DNA of 64,000 nt from Escherichia phage vB_EcoM_E9.1. The notes below the pieces were generated by a model. It was not told where the DNA came from. It was given only the letters and a program-made list of their open reading frames with translations, and did not search any database. The stretch lies in the sequence record PP886230; one strand, written 5' to 3'. Positions within the stretch are counted from its first letter, which is position 1; the number at the start of each line of letters is the position of its first letter. The translations under genes were made by a program, and so were the position numbers. Positions 27,296 through 37,779 of this stretch are shown here, one piece after another.

Positions 27296-27488
27296 TCAAG
27301 AATGGAAGACCCAAAAGTACAGGGAATTCAACAGGAATTTTACAAAAGATGCATTGAATTTAAAAACAACAGAGTTTGATATGTTTATTTTTCTTGGAAC
27401 ACGTTCACAAGAACAATTTGTTCATTATTATATAAATTCGTTGCGAACGGAGATAGTATGCAAAACACAGGGTATTATAAAAAGGTAA
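27270..27488 (+). CDS. family A paralogue (satellite copy)
   Basis: Motif FLGTRSQEQFV. Confidence 0.6.
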   Translation: MKSIYKTINQEWKTQKYREFNRNFTKDALNLKTTEFDMFIFLGTRSQEQFVHYYINSLRTEIVCKTQGIIKR

Positions 27489-27724
27489 ACCAATATTTGT
27501 ACGCTACAAAGTACAGGGATTTTTGTTTAAAGGGTGGTGATGAAGATTTTTCTTTGCGATTATCAGAATTTAATCTGTTATTTTATCTTGGTACAAAAGA
27601 ACAAGAAGAAATGGCACAGAAATTTATCAAGCACCTTGTACAAAAAATTAATATGCAAATTTTGATGCTTAAGATACAGAATGAGATAAATGAATATGAA
27701 TCCAGAAATAGTTCAGGATCTTAA
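27458..27724 (+). CDS. family A paralogue (satellite copy)
   Basis: Motif YLGTKEQEEMA. Confidence 0.6.
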   Translation: MQNTGYYKKVNQYLYATKYRDFCLKGGDEDFSLRLSEFNLLFYLGTKEQEEMAQKFIKHLVQKINMQILMLKIQNEINEYESRNSSGS

Positions 27725-28082
27725 AAAAGTAATATTTCTTTTGAATACCAGAAGTGAATTGTATACAGAGTTAAAAGAGATTAATGCATTTTATCAGAAT
27801 TTTGTAATCCAAGAGATCAGTGATTTAATTACAGATGCATTATTTGAATTATCGGAGAAATACAAAGGTTCAGAGTTCAGTGTTAAGAATGTTATTCGTC
27901 CAAGTGCAAGGAAAATTATATTATCACATTTTACATTTGACAATAAAGATTTATTCAGTCATAATCCAAGTACAGCTTTATATTTTATTCCTGATTCAGA
28001 CAAAAATCATCCTATTCATTACGGATGGATTTTGTCATATATAGTACAAGGAAAGGAGTATCCTATTAAATGGAAAGATTAG
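27690..28082 (+). CDS. hypothetical protein
   Basis: ORF 130 aa, neither family motif. Confidence 0.55.
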   Translation: MNMNPEIVQDLKKVIFLLNTRSELYTELKEINAFYQNFVIQEISDLITDALFELSEKYKGSEFSVKNVIRPSARKIILSHFTFDNKDLFSHNPSTALYFIPDSDKNHPIHYGWILSYIVQGKEYPIKWKD

Positions 28083-28230
28083 GGCGATTAGATTATTACA
28101 CAATTAATACAAATTATTTGTTGCGTAATATAAAATCCGATTACAAAATATGGATAAAGAACAGAGATAGCATGTGTTATGAATTTTATTTAGATTATGC
28201 TATCAAACGATTTTTAAGAGAAGAACATTA

Positions 28231-28434
28231 ATGCAAAAGATTAATACGATAACATTAAATGCATTACAGGATTCATTATTAGATAGTATTAAGATGTATT
28301 ACAATATACATTTGAAGGGTGGTATTGATAATTACGATTATTATTTGAGTTTAATTACATTTGAGCACCTTTCAGTACAGGACAGGATTTTACATCCTAC
28401 AAATCCTAGGTATCCATCGATAGGTAAATTATGA
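28231..28434 (+). CDS. hypothetical protein
   Basis: ORF 67 aa. Confidence 0.5.
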   Translation: MQKINTITLNALQDSLLDSIKMYYNIHLKGGIDNYDYYLSLITFEHLSVQDRILHPTNPRYPSIGKL

Positions 28435-28979
28435 ATGAGATAGAGTTATTAGCACACAAGATAAGTACAATAATGCTTATCCTCAATAACAACCATCCTA
28501 TATCGCATATAGATGGAATCCTGAGTCAGAGGACAGGTGGTAGTTTATATTTGTCCATAAACGCAGATATCGCAAGGAAATACATTGATATCGATGTTGA
28601 AATCGAATATGATACAACGGGGATTGTTGATGTAGGTGCATTAATCAGTTCAAATCCAGTATCAGCATCCCCATTGACCAAAGATGTTAGTACAGGATTC
28701 GAAGGATATTTGTGGTACAATACCAATGATGATTATTTTATATATCAGCATTCCAATACAAATTATGATGAAGACAAATTTCAGTTCATAGACCCTTATG
28801 ATGAAGCTGGCGTATTCCAACAATCATTAATCACAAAACCGCATGAGATGATGTATCTAATGTTATTCAGTACAATGCATTTGAATTCATTAATTAAAGG
28901 TTTAAAATTTTATATTCAATTAAATTTAGTCCATGTAGTTTATGATTTATTAATGCAAGGATATAGTTATGAAGTATAA
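28431..28979 (+). CDS. family B paralogue (divergent)
   Basis: Motif EAGVFQQSLI; ATGA overlap. Confidence 0.6.
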   Translation: MNEIELLAHKISTIMLILNNNHPISHIDGILSQRTGGSLYLSINADIARKYIDIDVEIEYDTTGIVDVGALISSNPVSASPLTKDVSTGFEGYLWYNTNDDYFIYQHSNTNYDEDKFQFIDPYDEAGVFQQSLITKPHEMMYLMLFSTMHLNSLIKGLKFYIQLNLVHVVYDLLMQGYSYEV

Positions 28980-29280
28980 AATGATGTATACCCCAGATAT
29001 GATTTATGTTGAATTAGAAGATGATGACGATGGGTGGAATTTGATTTATTCAAGAAGTTCAGGTTGGTACATGGCACATTTAAATGATTCGATAGTTACA
29101 GATTATTTTGTAGATTTCAATACATTATCCGATGAAGAATTGTTCCAACAGCAATTAGTGATTGACACGGGTGGTTATGATGTCTTATTATTAAAAAAGA
29201 TACAGAAAGCTGTTATTGATTTTAAGCCCATGATATGGCAAAGGAAATATTATGACCTCGAAGTACCGTACCAGCAATGA
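28969..29280 (+). CDS. family B paralogue
   Basis: Motif DEELFQQQLVID. Confidence 0.65.
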   Translation: MKYKMMYTPDMIYVELEDDDDGWNLIYSRSSGWYMAHLNDSIVTDYFVDFNTLSDEELFQQQLVIDTGGYDVLLLKKIQKAVIDFKPMIWQRKYYDLEVPYQQ

Positions 29281-29818
29281 AATTCAGTACACCTACGCTA
29301 ATGCAATCCTTATGGGACAAAAGTTAGCTTGTATTGTTGCAGCCTTATATAATGCCCAGAAATATCACAAGCGTCATTTCCACAAATGTATTGGTATTAT
29401 TCCATCGAAGTACAATACATATATTGTGTGCACGAGTCATTTTGATAAACGATTCAATACACCTGATACCCCAAATTCCCGTAGTGTTATTGGTCTTTTA
29501 GATTTCGCCCCTGGTGCTGTTATTGGAAAGAATGATTTAGAGTACGCATGGTATAATAAAAATTCCCCATTAGTAATGGTAACATATGATAAAGAAACGA
29601 ACAAAACAATAGAGTACAATACATATAAATCAGAGGAAGAATTTTTCCAAGGTTCATTGCTTGTACCAGTGCGTTTATTGTTTTATAATGTCATAATGAG
29701 TACAGTACACAATAGTCCATTACACAAGAATCACAAAATTAATTTCAATTTTTGTGCTTATGCGATTGATGGTGTATATGAGTGTTTAATGGAGGTATTG
29801 AGTTATGAAGCTGAATAA
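29252..29818 (+). CDS. family B paralogue
   Basis: Motif EEEFFQGSLLV. Confidence 0.65.
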   Translation: MTSKYRTSNEIQYTYANAILMGQKLACIVAALYNAQKYHKRHFHKCIGIIPSKYNTYIVCTSHFDKRFNTPDTPNSRSVIGLLDFAPGAVIGKNDLEYAWYNKNSPLVMVTYDKETNKTIEYNTYKSEEEFFQGSLLVPVRLLFYNVIMSTVHNSPLHKNHKINFNFCAYAIDGVYECLMEVLSYEAE

Positions 29819-30146
29819 TACATTTGATATTAATAAGTTAAGAGAATGGTTTTATAGTATTGAAATTGAAGCCATCCCGTATCATAGATATGAACAATAT
29901 AATTTAACCAGTATTGATATCAGTGAGTTGTACGCGTATTATCAAAGTGCATTAGAGATGCATAAGTTATTTTTGAGTACAGATTTTGTTCTAAATTACA
30001 ATTTTGAGGAATTTAATAATTATAATTTAGTACAGAAATATGTAGTAGCAAAGTACATGTACCTTCAAGGAATTACAAGTATAGTGGAATTCAATACAGT
30101 CCTTGCTTTAGTTGAGGTAATTTTATGCAGTACATGTATGATTTAG
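29805..30146 (+). CDS. hypothetical protein (possibly degenerate family B)
   Basis: ORF 113 aa, only weak motif ELYAYYQSALEM. Confidence 0.5.
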   Translation: MKLNNTFDINKLREWFYSIEIEAIPYHRYEQYNLTSIDISELYAYYQSALEMHKLFLSTDFVLNYNFEEFNNYNLVQKYVVAKYMYLQGITSIVEFNTVLALVEVILCSTCMI

Positions 30147-30631
30147 AGTTCAGCTTAGATGCTGCATTTAAATATGTTCACAAGATAGAAACAATATACA
30201 GTACATTATGTGCAATAAAATCAGTAACAGAAGAGCTTGATGTTGGTGAAAGGTATCAGGTGTGGAATAATTCATTTTTTAATAAAGAACATTCTGCGAC
30301 GGTATTTTATATTTTAGCATTTAATCCCAGCAATTGTTACCCAGAGAAGCATGAACGTTATCCAAATGACGACATGTGGTTTGAGTACAAAGAAGATGCT
30401 GATATGTCGTCAATTGAAGTTCCTGATGATTTTAATGCACAAGATTTAACAGAAGAGTGGTGGTTCCAGCAGAATTTAGTACATGATGATATTGATTTAT
30501 TTTTCTATATTGCATTTAAAATGCTTTATCACAACAATATAGTTAAAGAAAGTGTATCGTTTTCATGTCTATATATTGATGATTTGTACAATGAAATTCA
30601 AATAAACATGCCCAGAACGCCTGTATCGTAA
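30125..30631 (+). CDS. family B paralogue
   Basis: Motif EEWWFQQNLVHD. Confidence 0.65.
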   Translation: MQYMYDLEFSLDAAFKYVHKIETIYSTLCAIKSVTEELDVGERYQVWNNSFFNKEHSATVFYILAFNPSNCYPEKHERYPNDDMWFEYKEDADMSSIEVPDDFNAQDLTEEWWFQQNLVHDDIDLFFYIAFKMLYHNNIVKESVSFSCLYIDDLYNEIQINMPRTPVS

Positions 30632-30648
30632 GATATGGGCTTTTTTTC
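30610..30648 (+). terminator. rho-independent terminator
   Basis: Hairpin gcccagaacgcc..atatgggc then TTTTTTT. Confidence 0.6.
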
Positions 30649-30657
30649 GTTTTGGTA

Positions 30658-30686
30658 TTGACATAGAAGACCAAAGCTGTTATCAT
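30658..30686 (+). promoter_or_regulatory. sigma70-type promoter inside the array (TTGACA-N17-TATCAT)
   Basis: Consensus -35, 17-bp spacer. Confidence 0.55.
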
Positions 30687-30714
30687 GTGTATTCATTTTA
30701 AAGGAGAACATATA

Positions 30715-31227
30715 GTGAGTTTCATAATCCCAAGTACATACGAAGATGCATCAAGTGCAGTTCATAAGATTCATTATATTTTTAATTTAATTATTAGATC
30801 TGCAAAAATTAAAATGTATGCACCTCTTGTGACAAATAATCGAAATGAAGAAATTTTTATTAGCACAGACAAAATTATTTTTCCATATTTCAATGAAGAT
30901 AGATTGTGGTTCATACATTTAGCTGCATTACAAAAATATAAGATGTCAATTCGTAATAATTTGGTTATACCGTTATATCATCCAGATATTGGAGAGGATG
31001 AGTATTTTCAGTACAGTACAGTACATCGCCATGAAGATATCTTTGTTGCTATGCTTATTGCTAAATTGAACACCGTTGATTTGGAGTACCACAAATACAA
31101 TAATAAATCATGTAAGATCATAATCCCTGCATTCATAGCTCTTTATGATTATGTGGTGCATAACAAAAAAGATGATACATATGCTTTCAATGAAGAGTAT
31201 TTGGATTTTTTTAAGGATAACATATGA
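30715..31227 (+). CDS. family B paralogue
   Basis: Motif EDEYFQYSTVH; GTG start after SD aaggaga (track ORF from 30685 overlaps the -10). Confidence 0.6.
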   Translation: MSFIIPSTYEDASSAVHKIHYIFNLIIRSAKIKMYAPLVTNNRNEEIFISTDKIIFPYFNEDRLWFIHLAALQKYKMSIRNNLVIPLYHPDIGEDEYFQYSTVHRHEDIFVAMLIAKLNTVDLEYHKYNNKSCKIIIPAFIALYDYVVHNKKDDTYAFNEEYLDFFKDNI

Positions 31228-31763
31228 GCAGTACAACAGTATCAAAAGTACAGAAAGCAATGTCATTCAATGAAATTGGTACATTTAAAGATAAGATCAT
31301 TGATTGCCTTGAATACATGATTTGTAGTAATATCGAAAGTATCGAGATATTTAACAAGACAAATCGCTCTTACCATATGATGTACATTGCAAACAATAAT
31401 GGTATCATTCCATTTATTTCGGATAGTACAATATGGTACGCATGTGATACGAAAAAAACCACAATAGGTTTACATTTATTTGAGACACATTATGATCTAA
31501 TTATTCCTGAACATTGTATGCAAGAAGAAGAATATTTTCAAATGCAATGTATACATTCACCATTAGTGTTGTTTAGTTTATATATTATACCTTATATCAC
31601 CAAATGTGTTCATGACAATAAAGCTCCGTGGAATCATGAATTTGTATCGTTGAAGTTATTGTATAATGTATTAGTAGAATATTATGATTACAGGCACAAT
31701 GGTACAATCAGTGATGTATGGGATTTTGAATCGCTAAGGGTGAAAACATACACAGGTGAATGA
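31224..31763 (+). CDS. family B paralogue
   Basis: Motif EEEYFQMQCIH; ATGA overlap. Confidence 0.65.
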   Translation: MSSTTVSKVQKAMSFNEIGTFKDKIIDCLEYMICSNIESIEIFNKTNRSYHMMYIANNNGIIPFISDSTIWYACDTKKTTIGLHLFETHYDLIIPEHCMQEEEYFQMQCIHSPLVLFSLYIIPYITKCVHDNKAPWNHEFVSLKLLYNVLVEYYDYRHNGTISDVWDFESLRVKTYTGE

Positions 31764-32379
31764 TATGACCAGAATTAAAATGTATGATTTGATGCAGTAC
31801 AGTAAAATTGCCATTCCAGTGCTTAATAAAGTGCTGGATGCATTCATTGCCAAATACCCTGAGAATTCAGTGTTATGTATTCCATTTAGTGTTCCAGATA
31901 AAGATGATATATTCCAAGTGAATGTCAGTACACGTGGTATTACATTACAGCAGAAATACATGGATACGGAATATTATGGAATAAAGTTGGATTCAGTACA
32001 GGGTTCAAAATCAGCCTATGATTTTTTTGTTCCTAATAATATAGAGTCATGGGAAACAAACATTTCAAAGAAAGATGAAAATGATGTTCCTATTAGTGGT
32101 GTGTTCAACAATAAAGTTTTTTATTATTACGAAACCGACAAATTCCCTGAAGAGTTATATTACAATTCAGAAATGAATGAAGATGTAGATGCATTCATGT
32201 TTCAATTATCTTTAGTACATGATATCATTGATGTTAAAGAGTTAAGAGCAGAAATCAATTTAGCTAAAGAGTTATCGGACATGCTGCCACCGTTTAGTAT
32301 GCTTTTTTGTGAAGGTGGTTATTTTTCAAAAGAAGTGTTTGAACATTTCGTAGATGTTGTAAAAGGGTTGGATATATAG
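31756..32379 (+). CDS. family B paralogue
   Basis: Motif DAFMFQLSLVHD. Confidence 0.65.
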   Translation: MNDMTRIKMYDLMQYSKIAIPVLNKVLDAFIAKYPENSVLCIPFSVPDKDDIFQVNVSTRGITLQQKYMDTEYYGIKLDSVQGSKSAYDFFVPNNIESWETNISKKDENDVPISGVFNNKVFYYYETDKFPEELYYNSEMNEDVDAFMFQLSLVHDIIDVKELRAEINLAKELSDMLPPFSMLFCEGGYFSKEVFEHFVDVVKGLDI

Positions 32380-32380
32380 T

Positions 32381-32575
32381 ATGCTTACAGTTGATGTTAA
32401 ACAAAAATACCGTAAGTTTGATTGGTTCACCGACAGTTTCCAGCTTGAATTATTACATTTGAATATCTGTGAAACATTATGTGCAGAAACACAAGATGAA
32501 TTTGATGATAGAGTGATGAACATAGTAATGCTTTCTTGCTTTAAACATTTTGGTTATTTTTTCGGACAGAATTGA
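32381..32575 (+). CDS. hypothetical small protein (possible family B fragment)
   Basis: ORF 64 aa with DSFQLELLHL. Confidence 0.45.
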   Translation: MLTVDVKQKYRKFDWFTDSFQLELLHLNICETLCAETQDEFDDRVMNIVMLSCFKHFGYFFGQN

Positions 32576-32583
32576 GGTAAAAA

Positions 32584-33099
32584 ATGCATCAACACAAGCA
32601 TCATTCATATGATTTTGCAATTAACATTATGAAGTTCATTCGAGCGTTGGAGGATGGGAAGCTTAGTCATAAGTACACCAAAGTGGGTGACAATTGGTTC
32701 AGAAATGATGATGAGTTCAGAAGTCATAAGATTGTTTACAGCAATAATTACAGTGCCAATTACCTACAAGATGTAGTGATGTGTTTTGAATACGTGTTGC
32801 AGTTCAGGGGTTCAATCCAGGATGAGTTGATGGAGCACATGTACATCAGATACCTTCCAATGCTCAAAGATGAAAATGTATTATTAAATTCAATATACCA
32901 ACGAGTTCGTGAAATTGAGTGCAGGGATATATTAGATACAGAAGAATCGTATTTCCAGCAATCCCTGATTTATGCACCTGATTTATTACAGGTACATAAT
33001 TTGTTTAATACATTACGTCAAAACATCAGTACAGACATATTTTTGTCATTATCGGATTATGATACATTTGTCAAAGATTTAGAGGAAATAGGTTTATGA
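32584..33099 (+). CDS. family B paralogue
   Basis: Motif EESYFQQSLIY. Confidence 0.65.
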   Translation: MHQHKHHSYDFAINIMKFIRALEDGKLSHKYTKVGDNWFRNDDEFRSHKIVYSNNYSANYLQDVVMCFEYVLQFRGSIQDELMEHMYIRYLPMLKDENVLLNSIYQRVREIECRDILDTEESYFQQSLIYAPDLLQVHNLFNTLRQNISTDIFLSLSDYDTFVKDLEEIGL

Positions 33100-33440
33100 G
33101 TCGATTTTCGGTTTATATAGTAAACGTCAGTAAAGATGGTAGTTTAATTGAATTTGATGTAGTTGATAACAATGATAATTCATATGGTATTAAGGTACAG
33201 GACAATGATGTACAGTTCAGTACAAGGACAAATTTTGAGAATCCAGTCCAAGTTCCGAATTTCATAGAAGATGAAGCTGCACGATTCCAATACGAAACGG
33301 CATATGACAATGTACATATGCATATTATTATGCAACAGAGTTTAGTTCAATTAGTTCCTTTGTTCAGACAAAATATATATGTACATGAAGTGTCGATTAA
33401 TGGCATTCAAAGTTCCGTTTTGTTCGGTACAAATATGTAA
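33096..33440 (+). CDS. family B paralogue (divergent)
   Basis: Motif EAARFQYETAYD; ATGA overlap. Confidence 0.6.
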   Translation: MSRFSVYIVNVSKDGSLIEFDVVDNNDNSYGIKVQDNDVQFSTRTNFENPVQVPNFIEDEAARFQYETAYDNVHMHIIMQQSLVQLVPLFRQNIYVHEVSINGIQSSVLFGTNM

Positions 33441-33450
33441 GGAAAGTACA

Positions 33451-33993
33451 ATGAGTTTATTAGATACATTAGAAAAAGACAGAAGTGCAATTAAGCGTTT
33501 AAAAGAGCAAGTACAAAAGATTGTATACAACGTTGATAAGTTTGAAGTCCCAGGAAGATTTGGTGATATTTCCCATACGGAGATCAAATCCCTTAAGTCA
33601 GATTTGTTGATTAAAAATAAAAATGGGTTGATTTTAGTTTTGAGTTCAGATATGATGGGGGCAACACATAGTTATAATGCAGTATCGGTGCGTTCAGAGT
33701 GTGAAGGTATATATCTATCACAGGGTTTCAATAGCGAGACACAGGTTTGTTTTTGTGATGCAGTACATGACCCTATGAAGTTCACGAGAAGTGAAGCCCA
33801 AGCGTTATTAGAGCTATCAGACGAGAGTTTGTTTCAGTACAGTACAATGTATGACAATGATAAGCTTCGTTGTATGTACGCTGTAAAGCATTATACACAG
33901 GAGTTCTCTGGATTTGCATACCTTTTAGTTAGAACCAATACCAGATATATTGATATGTTAGAAGATTACATCGATAAAGTTGTTAATGTATGA
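33451..33993 (+). CDS. family B paralogue
   Basis: Motif DESLFQYSTMYD; ATG at 33451 (track ORF from 33379). Confidence 0.6.
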   Translation: MSLLDTLEKDRSAIKRLKEQVQKIVYNVDKFEVPGRFGDISHTEIKSLKSDLLIKNKNGLILVLSSDMMGATHSYNAVSVRSECEGIYLSQGFNSETQVCFCDAVHDPMKFTRSEAQALLELSDESLFQYSTMYDNDKLRCMYAVKHYTQEFSGFAYLLVRTNTRYIDMLEDYIDKVVNV

Positions 33994-34175
33994 TGTATGA
34001 TTATGTGATGGTATAATGCTGATGAAAGAGTTATTTGAAGATCAGTTCAATACATATGTGGATAATATTCTTTATTCCAGCCGTGCTAGTCAACGAGGAA
34101 ATCGTGCTTACAATATAGATTACCTATTAGTGGTGCTGAGTTCACAGTACACCTACGCTGTACAGAGGACATATT

Positions 34176-34379
34176 ATGAATAATTTTAGAGATGTTGCTA
34201 AGGAGAAGTTCAAGTGCAGTTTAGATTTTGGGTTAAATGATTTTCTGACATGCACAATGTACAGGAATGATGATTATGAGCAATCCGTAATTTCGTTGCA
34301 CAGATATTTCGAAATAATTTACGCAAGATATCTTAGAAGGTTAGAGGGAATAGGGGATTGGAATTATGATTACGTTTGA
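34176..34379 (+). CDS. hypothetical protein
   Basis: ORF 67 aa. Confidence 0.45.
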   Translation: MNNFRDVAKEKFKCSLDFGLNDFLTCTMYRNDDYEQSVISLHRYFEIIYARYLRRLEGIGDWNYDYV

Positions 34380-34590
34380 AGAGCCGGAAGTGGCATATTG
34401 CTTTAGTGTGAAAGGTTTTGAATTCATGATGGATTCTATTTTGAAGGATACATATTTGGTTCAGATTGCAGTTGCAGATAATACAGATAATGCATTACAG
34501 CGAGTATTGAATATATACGAGAGGACGAGTCGAAGGCTTTGTGCAATGAAAAGGATTGAAGAAATCAAGGTTTCTAGGCTGAATAAATAG
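34366..34590 (+). CDS. hypothetical protein
   Basis: ORF 74 aa overlapping upstream stop. Confidence 0.45.
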   Translation: MITFEEPEVAYCFSVKGFEFMMDSILKDTYLVQIAVADNTDNALQRVLNIYERTSRRLCAMKRIEEIKVSRLNK

Positions 34591-34788
34591 AGACGTTTCG
34601 TTTTGACAGGCCGCAGGGGGGGGTCAAAAAAATTTCCGCTGAAAAACATGCTAAGGTATATGTTTAATATAAAGTTTTATATTGTGTTTTTCAGAGTACA
34701 GTTCATGTTTCTTGAAACAAAAAATACCCCGCCGCCGAACGTTCTCCTTATATTGGAGTTTACCTTATTAATTATAGTAGAGATTAAG

Positions 34789-35166
34789 ATGGAAATAAAA
34801 TATAATGAATTTTGTGCAAGGACATGGATGTACACTGGTGAGTTAGTTACGCACTCTAACTTATACAAGGGTGATTTAAACTACGCTAGGGACAAGATTT
34901 TAAAGTACTGGAATGCTGACTTTTATTTGATGGATTTTAGTACTGGGTTTAGGGGTAAAGCAACCGAGATGTTGGACTATACAGTACTTGATGATGCTGC
35001 ACTGTTTCAGGAGGCATTAGTATTTGATAAGAAGTACATCTGTACATTAGAAGAGATGATTGAATTACAGCGTAGAATTAAATGTATTCACAGGGAATGT
35101 ATAGATATCTGGTGCAGTACTGGTGAAGATAATTTTTGTAATCATTTCAATCTAGGGGAAGTGTGA
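34789..35166 (+). CDS. family B paralogue (subgroup DYT-LDD--LFQ-ALVFDKKY)
   Basis: Motif DAALFQEALVFD; ATG at 34789 (track ORF from 34603 spans non-coding sequence). Confidence 0.6.
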   Translation: MEIKYNEFCARTWMYTGELVTHSNLYKGDLNYARDKILKYWNADFYLMDFSTGFRGKATEMLDYTVLDDAALFQEALVFDKKYICTLEEMIELQRRIKCIHRECIDIWCSTGEDNFCNHFNLGEV

Positions 35167-35522
35167 TGGAATTTGATTTTTTAATATCAGTACATTCTTT
35201 TAAGAACAGTTATCAGTACTTTTGTAATTTAAACAAAGGTGATTTAATGCACAGTGCGAATGAGTATATTCATTACACTCAGGGTAAATTTACATTCATT
35301 GATTACAGTTCATTACAGTATCCACACCAAGATATGCCGGACTATACATTAATGGATACCGCAGAACTATTCCAAGAATCATTAGTATTTGATAAGAAGT
35401 ACTTGTGTACATTTGAAGAAGTTATTGCAATACAAAATGAAATGAAAGAGTATGCTGCTTTGCATAAACCCAATGCAAGTATTAATCAAGAATACAAATT
35501 CAATTTAGGAATTCAAGAATGA
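35163..35522 (+). CDS. family B paralogue (same subgroup)
   Basis: Motif TAELFQESLVFDKKY; ATGA overlap. Confidence 0.65.
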   Translation: MMEFDFLISVHSFKNSYQYFCNLNKGDLMHSANEYIHYTQGKFTFIDYSSLQYPHQDMPDYTLMDTAELFQESLVFDKKYLCTFEEVIAIQNEMKEYAALHKPNASINQEYKFNLGIQE

Positions 35523-35878
35523 CATATGATTATTCTATGTACTATTATAAGTTACCTAAAGGATGGGACTTGTGCTGTAATCTTATTAAGGGCGACTCGG
35601 AACATGAGTTGAGTTTATATATGCATTACAAAGATTCTTGTTTTAAATTTATTCATGTATCACATGACGACTATGACTATGAATCTGAGAGTCTTATAGA
35701 TTATACAGTACTGGACGATGGCGAACTATTTCAGGCTGCATTAGTGTTTGATAAGAATAAGTACTCCTGTACATTTGAAGAAATGGTTTCTTTGCAAAAT
35801 GAAATGAAGAGATTTGAAAAAGAAAACGTATTTAATCCATCCCCATCAAGAACGAATAATTATTATTTCAATATATGA
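35519..35878 (+). CDS. family B paralogue (same subgroup)
   Basis: Motif DGELFQAALVFDKNKY; ATGA overlap. Confidence 0.65.
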   Translation: MTYDYSMYYYKLPKGWDLCCNLIKGDSEHELSLYMHYKDSCFKFIHVSHDDYDYESESLIDYTVLDDGELFQAALVFDKNKYSCTFEEMVSLQNEMKRFEKENVFNPSPSRTNNYYFNI

Positions 35879-35887
35879 GATTATAAA

Positions 35888-36379
35888 ATGACATTACAGA
35901 GTTCATTGGAAAAAGCAAAGAAGATTCATGAGTACATGAATATGGCAAAAGAAGGTTCAGTTTACGGTGTTTTCAAAGACACAAGTACTCAATATTATGT
36001 ACCGGATAACCTCCTTTATAATGACTGCTCAGATACAGAAACGTGCGTACTGGATACAGAAACGTGCATACTAGATACCGACCCTAATGATTATGAATGC
36101 TTCATTAATATGCATAATGAGTACATGGTCTATATTAATGATACAGATACCATCAACAGTACTGACAGCGATTCCAATGACATTATAATTCCGAGTGAAG
36201 TACTGGAAGGTCCGTGGGATAGTGAAGAGTATTACTTCCAACAAAGTACTGTATACGATGATGAAGTACTTGATGTTATTATAATTATGTGGTACTTTAA
36301 AAGTATTGGTTCTGGGAACTTCTATTTCGATTACAAATACGTAAAGAAAACTGTAGATAACGGTATTAACAGGGGTTGA
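35888..36379 (+). CDS. family B paralogue (subgroup MSLQSALEKAKKIHEY..GPWDSEEYYFQ)
   Basis: Motif EEYYFQQSTVYD. Confidence 0.7.
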   Translation: MTLQSSLEKAKKIHEYMNMAKEGSVYGVFKDTSTQYYVPDNLLYNDCSDTETCVLDTETCILDTDPNDYECFINMHNEYMVYINDTDTINSTDSDSNDIIIPSEVLEGPWDSEEYYFQQSTVYDDEVLDVIIIMWYFKSIGSGNFYFDYKYVKKTVDNGINRG

Positions 36380-36380
36380 A

Positions 36381-36851
36381 ATGAGTTTAGAAAGAGCATT
36401 AGAGATTGCGAAGTTAATTGATTTATGCAGCAAAGAAATTGTAGCAAATTGTCTTAATGGATATCTATTCAAGGAAGGTAAATCTTATTGTCGAATGAGA
36501 TACGATGACAGTAGTGAGTACATTCACATGTATGAAGAAAACTTAGATTCTTCTGAAACAACACTCAATGGGTGTGATGTTAATTTGGAAGATAATTACA
36601 TGTACTTCTGTCGTGATGCTGATATTTTAATACAAGATTCTGACATTATATCTGGTGCAGCAGAGAAACATCTTCCATATTCAGTACTGGATAATGACTG
36701 GGGAAGTGAAGAGTACTACTTCCAGCAGAATACTATCTACGCAGAAGATGTACTTGACAAGCTTGTCATTCTGTGGTACTTTAATAATACAGATTGTCCT
36801 AGCTTCTATTTGGACTTGGATCTACTACGAGTTATAAAAGAGGATATATGA
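36381..36851 (+). CDS. family B paralogue (same subgroup)
   Basis: Motif EEYYFQQNTIY. Confidence 0.7.
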   Translation: MSLERALEIAKLIDLCSKEIVANCLNGYLFKEGKSYCRMRYDDSSEYIHMYEENLDSSETTLNGCDVNLEDNYMYFCRDADILIQDSDIISGAAEKHLPYSVLDNDWGSEEYYFQQNTIYAEDVLDKLVILWYFNNTDCPSFYLDLDLLRVIKEDI

Positions 36852-37291
36852 GTTTAGCAAGTGCACTTAAACTGGCACACAAAATACATCACTTCCACGA
36901 TAACATAAAAAGTGGGTTCTATGGTGATAAAGTAAGTGCATTTGGTGATGAGTATTATCTATCAGGTATAAAGACATACTCTGATGATATTTTACTTATG
37001 GGACAGGATAAAGACAATACTATACAGTACTCTTCATGTAGTCAATATACTAGTTTTTTTGTATATATTCCAGGTACTAAGATTACGTTTGACACATCAA
37101 ATGCACCTGTTGACTTCGGGGTACTTGATGGCCCGTGGGGTACTGAAGAGTATTATTTCCAACAGAGTTTCATTTTTAACCAAGAAATGCTTGATTCCTT
37201 GGTTGTGTTGTGGTACTTTAAGGAATTGAATTTTGAACCATTCTTTCTTGACTGGGGAGCATGTGAATATTTAAGTACAGGGGATTTGTAA
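36848..37291 (+). CDS. family B paralogue (same subgroup)
   Basis: Motif EEYYFQQSFIF; ATGA overlap. Confidence 0.7.
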   Translation: MSLASALKLAHKIHHFHDNIKSGFYGDKVSAFGDEYYLSGIKTYSDDILLMGQDKDNTIQYSSCSQYTSFFVYIPGTKITFDTSNAPVDFGVLDGPWGTEEYYFQQSFIFNQEMLDSLVVLWYFKELNFEPFFLDWGACEYLSTGDL

Positions 37292-37779
37292 TGTCATTAC
37301 AAAGTGCATTGAAAGAAGCAAAGAAGATTCATGAGTACATGATTATGGTACAGGAAGGTTCAGTACCAGGTGTATATAAAACATCTGATACTGAATTTTT
37401 TGTAAAAGACCGTGACGATTATGACGAGTCCGAGATATGTGCAGAAACATTAGTACTGCACACTGATACTGGTGACAGTGATAACTGTGAATATCATATG
37501 TACAATCAGTACATTAGTTATTGCCGTAATGAAGATATTACCATCTACAACACAGATAGTGATGCTGATGACACTATCATTCCTTATTCAGTACTGGAAG
37601 GTCCGTGGGATAGTGAAGAGTATTACTTCCAGAATACTACGTTGTACAATGAAGAAGAATTAGATGTTATTGTAATTATGTGGTATTTCAAAAGTATTGA
37701 CTCCAGTAGTTTCTATTTTGATTATGAATATGTAGAGAATACTGTAGGAGAAGGTAATGTCATTACAAAGTGCTCTTGA
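37291..37779 (+). CDS. family B paralogue (same subgroup)
   Basis: Motif EEYYFQNTTLY; N-terminus MSLQSALKEAKKIHEY. Confidence 0.7.
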   Translation: MSLQSALKEAKKIHEYMIMVQEGSVPGVYKTSDTEFFVKDRDDYDESEICAETLVLHTDTGDSDNCEYHMYNQYISYCRNEDITIYNTDSDADDTIIPYSVLEGPWDSEEYYFQNTTLYNEEELDVIVIMWYFKSIDSSSFYFDYEYVENTVGEGNVITKCS